From assembly GCA_016190175.1 (NCBI GenBank), contig JACPRC010000202.1, positions 11,750-75,749 on the forward strand: a stretch of 64,000 nucleotides of DNA, in the 5' to 3' direction. A program made the position numbers and the translations under genes. The DNA comes from Planctomycetota bacterium. Its GTDB lineage: Bacteria > Planctomycetota > MHYJ01 > JACPRB01. Below the pieces are notes generated by a model. It had not been told where the DNA came from and ran no database searches. It saw nothing but the letters and a program-made list of their open reading frames with translations. Position 1 is the stretch's first letter, and every line of letters begins with the position of its first letter. Below are positions 9,687 through 18,897 of this stretch, piece by piece.

Positions 9687-11126
9687 CTACGCTCCCTCCG
9701 GCCGCGCCACCCGGACGAGTTCGTCCGCAAACTCCTCGGCGGTCGCGTGCCGCTTCCGCGGGTCCTTCTCGAGTGCGCGCAGCACCAGGCGGTCGAACTC
9801 CGCCGGCAGCCCCGGCTGCCGCGAAGAGGGTCTCGGCGCCGGCGCGTTCACGATCTTCTGGTAGACCTCCATCGCCGTGGAGCCCGTGAACGGCACCTCT
9901 CCCGTCGCGACCTCGAACGCCATCACGCCCAGCGCGTAGATGTCGGAGCGCGGGCCGACCGTGGACGTGTTGCCCTCGACCTGTTCCGGGGACATGTAGA
10001 ACGGAGTGCCCAGAAAGGACCCCGTGCGCGTCAGCATGGTCGCGCCGCCCATCGTCTTCGCGAGTCCGAAGTCGAGGACGAATGCCCGCCCCGTGCGGTC
10101 GATCATGACGTTCCCCGGCTTCACGTCGCGGTGGACGATCGAGGCCTGGTGCGCGAAGTGGAGGGCGCGGGCCACCTGGCCCAGGATCCGCGCACCCTCG
10201 CGGAGACCGATCCGGTTCTGCCCGAGGAGCGCGTCCAGGCGCTCCCCCTCGATCCAGTCCATCGCGATGTAATGAAGTCCGCGCTCCACGCCGACGTCGT
10301 GGACGGCGACGATGTTCCCGTGCCGCAGCGAGGCGGCCGTCCGCGCCTCGCGGTAGAACCGCTTCACGCCGGTCTCGTCGGCCCCTTCCCCGCGGAGGAC
10401 CTTCACCGCCACGATCCGCCGGAGATCGCGATGGCGCGCCTTGAACACGACGCCCATCCCGCCGCGGCCGATCTCCTCGAGGATCTCGTACCGCCCGAGA
10501 ACCTCGCCCGGCTCGACCTGCGGAGCGGGGCCCGCCCCGAACGGCGTGACCGCCGGCTGCCCCTCCGCGCGCACGGTCGCCTCGATCTGCGTCGTGGTCA
10601 CGCCGAGCGGGCCGCCGCATACGGAACAACGGGGATCCTGGGGAGTCGCGCCCTCGTAACGCGTGCCGCATTTCTCGCACCGGAGGAGGGATCGTTCCTG
10701 CAGCTTCAGGATCTCGAGGAACCGCTCCGTCGACAGGTACCTCCGGCGCACGAGGATCTGTCCGATGGCGATCTTCGCCCCGCGCGCGGACGCCTCCTGC
10801 AGCTCGGCGATGCACTCGTCCAATTGGGCGGCGGTGATGTACCCGCGCGCGACCGCGAGCTGGCCGAAGAGATCGATCTTGCGCGCCGTCGTCACCCGGC
10901 CCGCCGGCCGCGACGGCGGCGGCGTCCATCCCCCCAATTCGAGGTACCGCTGCTTCTGCACCTCGATCACGCGGCTCACCTGCTCGAAGGTCATCGCCCC
11001 GCGCTCAAGGAACTGCTGCCCGAGCGGCTTGGACGATCCGGACCGCGCGCAGCCATCGATGTCCGCGGCCGTCACGAAGCCCAGCTCGACGGCGATCTCC
11101 GCGAACTGACGTTCTCTCGCGTCCAC
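9687..11126 (-). CDS. Ser/Thr protein kinase with N-terminal MshEN-like repeats and a Zn ribbon
   Basis: IGRGGMGVV, VAVK, HRDVKPGN, DFG, YMSPE; CEKC...CSVC; LGxxxxxxG-type repeats. GTG start inferred. Confidence 0.88.
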   Translation of the reverse strand: MDARERQFAEIAVELGFVTAADIDGCARSGSSKPLGQQFLERGAMTFEQVSRVIEVQKQRYLELGGWTPPPSRPAGRVTTARKIDLFGQLAVARGYITAAQLDECIAELQEASARGAKIAIGQILVRRRYLSTERFLEILKLQERSLLRCEKCGTRYEGATPQDPRCSVCGGPLGVTTTQIEATVRAEGQPAVTPFGAGPAPQVEPGEVLGRYEILEEIGRGGMGVVFKARHRDLRRIVAVKVLRGEGADETGVKRFYREARTAASLRHGNIVAVHDVGVERGLHYIAMDWIEGERLDALLGQNRIGLREGARILGQVARALHFAHQASIVHRDVKPGNVMIDRTGRAFVLDFGLAKTMGGATMLTRTGSFLGTPFYMSPEQVEGNTSTVGPRSDIYALGVMAFEVATGEVPFTGSTAMEVYQKIVNAPAPRPSSRQPGLPAEFDRLVLRALEKDPRKRHATAEEFADELVRVARPEGA

Positions 11127-11229
11127 GTTGCGTCCTCGACCCGCGCATCCCGCCCTTCCTATTATAGCACGGGCCGCCGCGGCCGCATGGCTCCCGCCCC
11201 GTGGTTTCGGTCTCCCCCTCCCCCGTCCG

Positions 11230-11258
11230 CACCAAAAGTTGACTGTCAACTTTTGGTG
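11230..11258. repeat. Perfect AT-rich palindrome (14-bp arms) in the divergent intergenic region
   Basis: caccaaaagttgac-t-gtcaacttttggtg. Confidence 0.85.
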
Positions 11259-11308
11259 TGCTCCCCCTCTCCTTGTCTCCCCCTCTCCCTTTCGGCTACA
11301 ATTCCCCC

Positions 11309-12406
11309 GTGCCCCTCTTCATGGACGGCTGCGAGGCCGTCTCGCTCGGCGCCATCCACGCGGGCTGCACGTTCTTCGCGGGCTATCCCATCACCCCCGC
11401 CAGCAGCATCCTCCGCCGCATGATGGAGATGCTCCCCGCCGCGGGCGGCGTCGCCGTCCAGGGCGAAGACGAGATCGCCTCCATCGGCTTCTGCATCGGG
11501 GCCGCGATGACCGGCGCGAAGGCGATGACCGCGACGAGCGGGCCCGGCATGAGCCTCTACAGCGAGAACATCGGCCTCGCGATCATGGGCGAGGTGCCTC
11601 TCGTCATCGTGAACGTGCAGCGCATGGGCCCCGCGACGGGGGGCGCGACCACGACCGCCGAGGGCGACGTCCAGTTCTGCCGCTGGGTCACTTCGGGCGG
11701 CTACCCGCTCGTGGTCTATGCGGCGACGAACGTCGCGGACGCCTACCGCCTCACGATCGAAGCGTTCAACACCGCGGAGCGGCTGCGTACGCCCGTGATC
11801 CTCCTCAGTTCCAAGGACCTGGCGATGACGTGCGAGACCGCGGACACAGCCGAGTTCGTGCGGCCGGCCCGCGTCACGCGCACGAGCGGCGACGGGGTAC
11901 CGTATGCCTTCCGCGAGTCCACGGACGTCCCGGGGTTCCTCGCCGTCGGGGGCGACCGCCTCACGCGCTTCACCGGCTCGATCCACGACGGGCGCGGAGT
12001 GATCACGTCGGATCGGAAGAAGATCGATCGCAAGCTGACGCACCTCCGCGACAAGATCGAGTCGCGCGCGGACGAGCTCGCGATCGTCCGCGAGGATCTC
12101 CAGGAGGGCGCCGAAACGGTCGTGATCGCCTACGGAGCGGCCGCGCGGGCGGCGCGCGAGGCGGTCCGGGACGCGCGTCGCGATGGCAAGCGCGTGTCGC
12201 TCCTCGTCCTCTACACGCTCTGGCCCACGCCGGTCGCCGCGATCCGGCGCGCCCTCGGCGGCGCGAAGCGGGTCGTCGTCCCCGAACTCAACACGGGCCA
12301 GTACCTCTGCGAGATCGAACGCTTCGCGGCGGGCCGGGAACTCGTCCCGGTGCAGCGGATCGACGGCGGCCTCCTCACGCCCGCCGCGCTGGAGGCCGCT
12401 CTATGA
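11309..12406 (+). CDS. 2-oxoacid:ferredoxin oxidoreductase alpha subunit
   Basis: FFAGYPITPAS, QGEDEIAS, TATSGPG, QRMGPATG, PELNTGQ motifs. Confidence 0.92.
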   Translation: MPLFMDGCEAVSLGAIHAGCTFFAGYPITPASSILRRMMEMLPAAGGVAVQGEDEIASIGFCIGAAMTGAKAMTATSGPGMSLYSENIGLAIMGEVPLVIVNVQRMGPATGGATTTAEGDVQFCRWVTSGGYPLVVYAATNVADAYRLTIEAFNTAERLRTPVILLSSKDLAMTCETADTAEFVRPARVTRTSGDGVPYAFRESTDVPGFLAVGGDRLTRFTGSIHDGRGVITSDRKKIDRKLTHLRDKIESRADELAIVREDLQEGAETVVIAYGAAARAAREAVRDARRDGKRVSLLVLYTLWPTPVAAIRRALGGAKRVVVPELNTGQYLCEIERFAAGRELVPVQRIDGGLLTPAALEAAL

Positions 12407-13689
12407 ACCTGATCGACCCCGAAGAACTCCCCTACCCTTTCTGCCCCGGCTGCTCCCACGAGCTGATCTTCAAGTCCCTGGCGGCCGCGTTCGAGAAGAG
12501 CGGCCTCGACGCGCGGCGCGTCGTCGTCGTCAGCGACATCGGATGCCACGGCATTGCGGACCGGATGCTCCGGACGCACACGTTTCACGGTCTCCACGGG
12601 CGGTCGCTCACATACGCCGCCGGCATCAAGCTCGCGAACCCGTCGCTCAAGGTGGTCGTCCTCATCGGCGACGGCGGGTGCGGCATCGGCGGTGCGCACC
12701 TCGTGAACGCGGCGCGGCGCAACGCCGGGATCTGCGCCGTGGTCTTCAACAACTTCAACTTCGGGATGACGGGCGGGCAGCACTCGGTCACGACGCCCTG
12801 CGGCGGGCGCACCGCGACGACGCCGAAGGGGAACGCCGAGCGCGGGCTCGACCTGTGCCGCCTGGCCGACGCCTGCGGCGCGAACTTCGTGGCCCGCACG
12901 ACCGCCTTCGACCCCGCGCTCGTGGACGTCCTTGCCGACGGGATCGCCCACGACGGATTCGCGTTCCTCGACATCTGGGGGCTCTGCACGGCCTACTACA
13001 TGAAACGGAACGACCTCCGGAAGGCGGAGCTCGTCGACACGGCGAAGAACATGCCCGGATACGGCGTCCTGCGCCGCGAGTCGCAGCCCGAATGGGCCGC
13101 GTCGCAACCGAAAGGATCGGCGCCGGAGCCGCGACTCGACGCGAACGAGATCCCCGTGCTCTTCCGGGCGGAGCTGAAGGAACCGCTGCGGGTCGTCCTG
13201 GCGGGCAGCGCCGGGATGAAGGTGCGGACGGCGGCCTCCCTCCTCGCGAGCGCCGCGATCCTTTCCGGCCTGCGCGCCGCGCAGAAGGACACGTTCCCGG
13301 TCACCGTGACCAAGGGATTCTCCCTCTCCGAACTGATCGTCTCGCCCGAGCCGATCGAAGACCTCGAGATCGTCCTGCCGGACTGCCTCGTGATCTCTTC
13401 CGAGGACGGGCTCGACAAGACGAAAGCCCTCGTCCCGCTCGCGCGCCGGGTCGTCGCGAAGCGCGGGCTCGACGTCACACGCGATGATGCGACGCTCGTA
13501 GACCTGCCGGGCGTGCGCCCGGCCGAGCTGACGCTTGCGATGACCGCCCCGCTCCTGCGCGACGCGATCCCCGCGGAGGCGATGCGCGAGTCGGTGCTGC
13601 GGTTCGGCCACGTGGAAGAACGGGAGCGCCTTCTCGCGGCGGTCGGGAACCCGGCCGCCGCGGAGGGCGTCACAAGGAGGACAACATGA
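12403..13689 (+). CDS. 2-oxoacid:ferredoxin oxidoreductase beta subunit fused to a gamma domain
   Basis: FCPGCSH, SDIGC, HGR, GDGG...NN TPP motif, GMTGGQHS; C-terminal LAGSAGMKV gamma-like domain; ATGA overlap with alpha. Confidence 0.9.
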   Translation: MNLIDPEELPYPFCPGCSHELIFKSLAAAFEKSGLDARRVVVVSDIGCHGIADRMLRTHTFHGLHGRSLTYAAGIKLANPSLKVVVLIGDGGCGIGGAHLVNAARRNAGICAVVFNNFNFGMTGGQHSVTTPCGGRTATTPKGNAERGLDLCRLADACGANFVARTTAFDPALVDVLADGIAHDGFAFLDIWGLCTAYYMKRNDLRKAELVDTAKNMPGYGVLRRESQPEWAASQPKGSAPEPRLDANEIPVLFRAELKEPLRVVLAGSAGMKVRTAASLLASAAILSGLRAAQKDTFPVTVTKGFSLSELIVSPEPIEDLEIVLPDCLVISSEDGLDKTKALVPLARRVVAKRGLDVTRDDATLVDLPGVRPAELTLAMTAPLLRDAIPAEAMRESVLRFGHVEERERLLAAVGNPAAAEGVTRRTT

Positions 13690-14603
13690 AATGGACGCTC
13701 GCCGCGGCCGCGACGCTCGCCGCCGCGGTGCTCTTCGTGCTCGGCGTGCGCGCGTGGCGGGCCCGCCGCCGTCCCGGATGGCGCGGCGAATTCGTCCTCG
13801 CCCTCTCGGCGGCGCTCGCGATGTTCGCCGGCGCCTCCGCAGGCGAACCGGCGAGACAGGAGGATCCCGCGGCGAAGGACCTCGAGACGCGCGTCAGGGA
13901 CGTGGAACGCGACTCCCGCTGGAAGCAGATGCGCAAGATCTTCCGCAAGCTGGCCGCGCAACTCGAGTCGAAGGATCCCGTCGCCGGCGATCCGACCGCG
14001 GAGACGAAGGAGCTCTCCGGGAAGATCACTCCCCTCGATCTGCGGGAGCCGCAGAAGGCGGACGCCCCGCTCCTCTCGCGCGAGGAGGCGCTCGGCGAGT
14101 GCCTCAAGTTCCTGGGCAGCGTCGCGTTCCACGTCCACCGCACGAAGGGCGAGGGCCGGCGCTGGACCTGCTACGACATGGCGATGCCCCGGTCGAGCGA
14201 GCACCTCCCGGCGCAGCAGGCGCTCCTCAAGAAGCAGTACGAGGAGGGCAAGGTCTCGAAGGAGGTCTACGAGCGCCTCACGAAGGTGTTCGGCGAAGTG
14301 ACGGGGATGCAATCGCTCCTGCCGTTCCTCAACGCCCGCAACACGGCGCTCGTCTTCCGCCTCATCCGCGACATGGCGGGGGCGCGGGCGATCGAGATCC
14401 CGAAGATCTCCCCCGAGGTCGAAAAGAAGATCGGCGATCTCATCGAGCAGCTCGGCGCCGACGAGATCGAGAGACGCGACGACGCGCACAAGGCGCTGAT
14501 CGAGATCGGCGAGGGAGCCATCCCGCAGCTCAAGAAGGCGCTGGAACACAAGAGCGCCGAGGTGCGGGCCCGCGCGAAGATGATCCTGGAAGAACTGGAG
14601 TGA
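13686..14603 (+). CDS. Membrane-anchored protein with WTCYDM motif and C-terminal HEAT-like repeat (paralog 1)
   Basis: Two N-terminal hydrophobic segments; C-terminal LIEQLGAD...AIPQLKKALEHKSAEVRARA; ATGA-coupled with GGAGG RBS. Confidence 0.8.
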   Translation: MKWTLAAAATLAAAVLFVLGVRAWRARRRPGWRGEFVLALSAALAMFAGASAGEPARQEDPAAKDLETRVRDVERDSRWKQMRKIFRKLAAQLESKDPVAGDPTAETKELSGKITPLDLREPQKADAPLLSREEALGECLKFLGSVAFHVHRTKGEGRRWTCYDMAMPRSSEHLPAQQALLKKQYEEGKVSKEVYERLTKVFGEVTGMQSLLPFLNARNTALVFRLIRDMAGARAIEIPKISPEVEKKIGDLIEQLGADEIERRDDAHKALIEIGEGAIPQLKKALEHKSAEVRARAKMILEELE

Positions 14604-14607
14604 GACC

Positions 14608-15540
14608 ATGAAATCCGTGACGCTGACGATCGTCGTCGGCGCGGCCTTCGCCGCGGCGGCGCTGCTCCTCCTCTTCGGCATCCGCACGATGCGGCCGCGG
14701 CGCCGTCCCGGATGGCGCGGCGAGTTCCTCCTCGCGCCGACGGCGGCGCTCGGCTTCCTCTCGGGCGCCGGCGCGCCCGCGCGGATCGCGGCGCAGGAGG
14801 ACCCGGCGGAGAAGGACTTCGAGGCGCGCGTGAAGGAGGTCGAGAAGGACGCTCGATGGAAGAAGATGCGGAAGTTCTTCCGGGAGCTGGCCCGCGACTT
14901 CGCCGCAAAGGGGACGATCCAGCACGACCCGCAGGTCGCCGCCGAGGAGGCGACGTCCGGCATCAAGGTCGAAGCGATCAAGGAACAGCAGAAGGAGGAC
15001 GCGAAGCTCCTCGACAAGGAAGCCGCGCTCGGCGAGTGCGCGAAGTTCATCGGGGCCGCGGCCTATCACCTCTGGCGCACGAAGGGCGCCGGACGCGAGT
15101 GGACCTGCTACAAGATGGCGCTGCCCGAAAGGAACCCGCACGTCCCCGAGCAGCGGGCGCTCCTGAAGAAGCAGTACGAAGAGGGGAAGATCTCGCAGGA
15201 GGTCTACGAGCGCCTCACGCGGGTGCTGGACGAGATGGACCAGTTGCAGCGCGTGATGGCGATGCTGAACGCCCGCAACACCGCGCTCGTCTTCCGCCTG
15301 ATCCGCGACATGGCCGGCTCGCGCGCGGTCGACATCCCGAGAATCTCCCCCGAGGTCGAGAAGAAGATCGGCGAACTCATCGAGCAGCTCGGGGCGGAGG
15401 AGATCGAGAAGCGGGACGAGGCGCAGCACGCGATCCTCCAGATCGGCGAAGGCGCGATCCCGCAGCTCAAGAAGGCGCTGGAGCACAAGAGCGCCGAGGT
15501 GCGCGCGCGCGCGAAGCTGATCCTCGACGAGCTGGAGTAG
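14608..15540 (+). CDS. Membrane-anchored protein with WTCYKM motif and C-terminal HEAT-like repeat (paralog 2)
   Basis: Clear tandem paralog of 13686..14603; shares RRRPGWRGEF, ALLKKQYEEGK, LNARNTALVFRLIRDMAG. Confidence 0.8.
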   Translation: MKSVTLTIVVGAAFAAAALLLLFGIRTMRPRRRPGWRGEFLLAPTAALGFLSGAGAPARIAAQEDPAEKDFEARVKEVEKDARWKKMRKFFRELARDFAAKGTIQHDPQVAAEEATSGIKVEAIKEQQKEDAKLLDKEAALGECAKFIGAAAYHLWRTKGAGREWTCYKMALPERNPHVPEQRALLKKQYEEGKISQEVYERLTRVLDEMDQLQRVMAMLNARNTALVFRLIRDMAGSRAVDIPRISPEVEKKIGELIEQLGAEEIEKRDEAQHAILQIGEGAIPQLKKALEHKSAEVRARAKLILDELE

Positions 15541-15542
15541 CC

Positions 15543-16652
15543 GTGACCGTCGTAGATCGCATCAAGCGGTGGCTCATCCCCGAGCGCCGCGAATCCCTCA
15601 TCGTCGAGGTCACGCCGCGCTGCAACCTCGAGTGCCTCTACTGCTACAACGTGTGGAAGGGGTCGCACCCGTATCCGAAGGGCGAGCTCGACACCGCGGC
15701 CATCTGCCGCCTCCTCGACAAGGTGATCCGCGAGACGCGCTGCCGCCACGTCACGCTCACCGGCGGGGAGCCGCTTATGCGCAAGGACCTCGCCGAGATC
15801 GTCCGCTTCGTGCGCGGGCGCGGCCCCGAGGTCAACGTCATCTCGAACGGCACGATGCTCACCGAGGCGCGCGCCGCGGAGCTCGTCGACGCGGGAGTCT
15901 CGCTCTTCGAACTGCCGATCCTGAGCGGCGACCGCGAGGTGCACGACGGGCTTGTCCTGCGGAAGGGCTCGTTCGATCGCGTGGTGGAAGCGATCTCGTG
16001 GATCAAGGTCCAGCGCGGCCGCGTGGTGTGCGTCTTCGTAGGGACGCGACGCAATCTCCCCGGTCTTGCGGGCGCGATCGAGCTCTCGATCGCCCTCGGC
16101 GCGGACGGCGTGATGCTCAACCGGTTCAACCCGGGAGGCGAGGGCGCGCGGCACCTGGAGGAGTTGCTCCCCGGCCGGGACGAACTGCGCACGGCGCTGG
16201 CGGAGGCGGACCGGCTCGTCGCTCGGTACGGCGTCCCGATCGCCTGCTCGATCCCGATCCAGCCGTGTCTCGTCGACCTCGCCGAGTTTCCGCATCTCGG
16301 GTTCGGCTTCTGCGCGGCGGGGACGGAGCGGGCGTACTACACGATCGATCCGCTCGGCAACCTGCGCGCGTGCAACCACACGCCGACGATCCTGGGGAAC
16401 CTCTTCGACGCGCCGTTCGACCGGCTCGCCCGCAGCCCCGGCGTGAGCGCGCTCGCGGACGGAGGTCCCGAGTCCTGCGCGGGCTGTTCGATGCGCCGCG
16501 TCTGCCGCGGCGGCTGTCCCGCGGCGGCGGAGGCGTGCGCGGGAAGCGCGACGTGCGCGGAGCCGTTCCTCGGGCGGCACGCGGGCGTACCGCGTCCCGC
16601 GCCGGAGGAACTGGCGCGGCGGACGGCGGGGGCGCGGCGCGGGGCGGATTGA
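15543..16652 (+). CDS. Radical SAM/SPASM domain protein
   Basis: CNLECLYC (CxxxCxxC), TGGEPL; SPASM-like CAAG...GNLRAC...GNL...CAGC...CRGGC. Confidence 0.92.
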   Translation: MTVVDRIKRWLIPERRESLIVEVTPRCNLECLYCYNVWKGSHPYPKGELDTAAICRLLDKVIRETRCRHVTLTGGEPLMRKDLAEIVRFVRGRGPEVNVISNGTMLTEARAAELVDAGVSLFELPILSGDREVHDGLVLRKGSFDRVVEAISWIKVQRGRVVCVFVGTRRNLPGLAGAIELSIALGADGVMLNRFNPGGEGARHLEELLPGRDELRTALAEADRLVARYGVPIACSIPIQPCLVDLAEFPHLGFGFCAAGTERAYYTIDPLGNLRACNHTPTILGNLFDAPFDRLARSPGVSALADGGPESCAGCSMRRVCRGGCPAAAEACAGSATCAEPFLGRHAGVPRPAPEELARRTAGARRGAD

Positions 16653-16692
16653 GCTCCTTGTCGGCGCCCTGAGGTCGGTGTATCATCGTGCC

Positions 16693-16899
16693 ATGGAGTT
16701 CACGGTAGTCGTCACCCGCGAGGAAGGCGTGTACAACGTCTCGGTCCCGTCCCTCCCGGGCTGCCATACCTGGGGCAAGACGAAGCAGGCCGCGCTCAAG
16801 AACGCGAAGGAAGCGATCGAGTTGTACATCGAGTCCCTGACGGCCGCCGGCGAACCGATCCCCGCGGAGGAGAGTCTGCACAGGGTCCGCGTCGAGTGA
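16693..16899 (+). CDS. hicB: HicB-family antitoxin
   Basis: VPSLPGCHTWGKTKQAALKNAKEAIELYIE signature. Confidence 0.9.
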   Translation: MEFTVVVTREEGVYNVSVPSLPGCHTWGKTKQAALKNAKEAIELYIESLTAAGEPIPAEESLHRVRVE

Positions 16900-17114
16900 G
16901 GCCGAAGCCGTCTCGTCCGGCGGAGGTGGAGCACGTGGCTCGACGGCTCGGCTTCGTCTTCGAGCGATCCAAGGGTTCGCACAGGCTGTACCGCCATCCG
17001 GAGGGCCGGCGAGTCGTCATCGCGTTTCATCCCGGGACCATCCCCGTTCCGACGCTGAAGCGGATCATCGCCGACTTGGGGATCTCCGTCGAGGAGTTCA
17101 ATCGGACGGTGTGA
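16896..17114 (+). CDS. hicA: HicA-family mRNA interferase toxin
   Basis: LGFVFERSKGSHRLYRHPEGRRVVI with the catalytic GSH; overlaps hicB by 4 nt. Confidence 0.9.
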   Translation: MRPKPSRPAEVEHVARRLGFVFERSKGSHRLYRHPEGRRVVIAFHPGTIPVPTLKRIIADLGISVEEFNRTV

Positions 17115-17168
17115 GGGTCTCCCCATCGATTCCGTTCGCAGTCCCCGCTCCCCGATCTACCAAGGAGC

Positions 17169-18200
17169 GTGGAGCAGCGAACGCCGGTCGGCCGCGCGCG
17201 CGTCGCCGCGCAGCTCGCGCTGTACGTCGCCCTGGCCGCGCACGTCGGCGCCTGGTATCTCGGCGGCCGCCGCGAGGTCGGCACCGTCTCGGCCGCGAGC
17301 GTCTTCTATCTCCTCCAGGTCGGCCTCGTCAACGCGGGGGCGCTCCTCGTGGGCGCCGCCCTCCTCACCACGCCGCTCCTGGGCAACGCCTTCTGCGGAT
17401 GGGCGTGCCACTTCGGCGCGCTCCAGGACTTCGCCGGGTGGGCGCTGCGCAAGGTCGGCCTCCGGCCGCTCGGCTGGCACGTTCCGGCGCGCATCCGCGC
17501 GCTCCTCTTCGCGAAGCTCTTCGTCCTCAACACCGTCGCGGCGTGGTTCGCGCTCGGGAAGCTGCCGCGCCTCTTCGTGAACTGCGGCGCACCCGAGCCG
17601 CTGTTCGCGCTGGGGACCTGGCTCACCGTGGCGCTCGACGTGGGCGTCCTGGCGATCCTGTCCGTCTGGCTCTTCGGCCCGCGCGCGTTCTGCCGCGCCG
17701 CCTGCCCGGTGATCCTCGTCGCGCGGCTCGGCAATCTCGCGGCGCCGCTGCGCATGAAGCTCCGCGGGAATTGCATCGATTGCGGCGCCTGCGACCGCGC
17801 CTGCCCGATGGGGAACCCGGTCTCGCGGATGCTGAAGGAGGGAGGCTCCGTGGCGGCGCTCGACTGCGTCCGCTGCGGGCGATGCCTCGACGCGTGCCCG
17901 ACGGGCGCGATCGGCTTCGGCACCGCGCGCGGCGGGTCCTTCGCGGCGCCCGCACCCCGACGCGGCGGGGCCTGGGCGGCGCTCGCCGGAGGCGCGCTCG
18001 GCATCGTCCTGCACGAACTGCTGTTCCGCATGCGATCCGACGGCTCGCTCGCGGGCGCGTGGGTCGCCCACCTTCCCAACTGGGAACTCTTCTACGCGTT
18101 CCTCGGGCTCGCGCTCGGGGTCGCGATCCACCGTCTTCTTCGAGGAGGAAAACCATGCACGCTCTCGCCTTCGCGCTCGCGCTCGCCGCGGGCGGTCTGA
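17169..18200 (+). CDS. Membrane 4Fe-4S-binding protein (NapH/MauN/YccM-like)
   Basis: Multiple TMs; FCGWACH and FCRAACP motifs; two CxxCxxCxxxCP clusters. Confidence 0.85.
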   Translation: MEQRTPVGRARVAAQLALYVALAAHVGAWYLGGRREVGTVSAASVFYLLQVGLVNAGALLVGAALLTTPLLGNAFCGWACHFGALQDFAGWALRKVGLRPLGWHVPARIRALLFAKLFVLNTVAAWFALGKLPRLFVNCGAPEPLFALGTWLTVALDVGVLAILSVWLFGPRAFCRAACPVILVARLGNLAAPLRMKLRGNCIDCGACDRACPMGNPVSRMLKEGGSVAALDCVRCGRCLDACPTGAIGFGTARGGSFAAPAPRRGGAWAALAGGALGIVLHELLFRMRSDGSLAGAWVAHLPNWELFYAFLGLALGVAIHRLLRGGKPCTLSPSRSRSPRAV

Positions 18201-18871
18201 CGGACGCGGAGATCGACGCCATCGCGGCCGCGCATTCGTGGCCGTCCACGAGCGACCCCGACAAGATGCGCGGCTACATGCTCCACCGCGGCACGGTGCC
18301 GCGCGAGGCCGCCGCCGCGCTCGTAGCGGCGTTCATGGAGAAGCACGGGCTGCCCGCGTCGAAGGAGGCCGGCTTCGACTGGTACTGCGACGAGCTCGCG
18401 GCGGGATTCGTCTACGATCGCGGGGAGGAGAAGGTCGCCGCGTGGCGCCGCGCCGCGCGGTCGGCGGCCGTGCACTGGCGGTTGAGTGTCGAGATCGGCC
18501 GCGAGCCGGACTTCGTCGAGACGCGGCGGAGCGCCTTGCGACAGGTCGAGGCCGCGGTGGAGCGGTTCTACCTCGATCTGGCGAAGCAGTCCGCGGCGGA
18601 AAAGGTACCCCTGGACGATGTCGCGGCCGGCGTCGCCCGCGTGCGGCGCGCGCAGGAGGAGGCCGCCGCGAAGTGGTACCGCTATCGCGAGGCGCTGGAG
18701 AAGTGGATCGGGGATCCGTCGCAGGAGGAGAACGACGACCTGAAGGCGCTGCGGAAGGACCTCGACGCGGCGCGGCGCTCGCTGGCCGCGCGGCGGGAGG
18801 AGCTGCGCGCGCGCGTGACGAAGAAGGAGGAGGCGCGGCTGGTGCTGAGAGGGATTCTCGAACAGCCGTAG
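18155..18871 (+). CDS. Hypothetical secreted helical protein
   Basis: GGAGG RBS; MHALAFALALAAG signal-like N-terminus; typical GC3 codon usage. Confidence 0.65.
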   Translation: MHALAFALALAAGGLTDAEIDAIAAAHSWPSTSDPDKMRGYMLHRGTVPREAAAALVAAFMEKHGLPASKEAGFDWYCDELAAGFVYDRGEEKVAAWRRAARSAAVHWRLSVEIGREPDFVETRRSALRQVEAAVERFYLDLAKQSAAEKVPLDDVAAGVARVRRAQEEAAAKWYRYREALEKWIGDPSQEENDDLKALRKDLDAARRSLAARREELRARVTKKEEARLVLRGILEQP

Positions 18872-18897
18872 CGCCCCGGAAGATGGCGCCATGGAGC

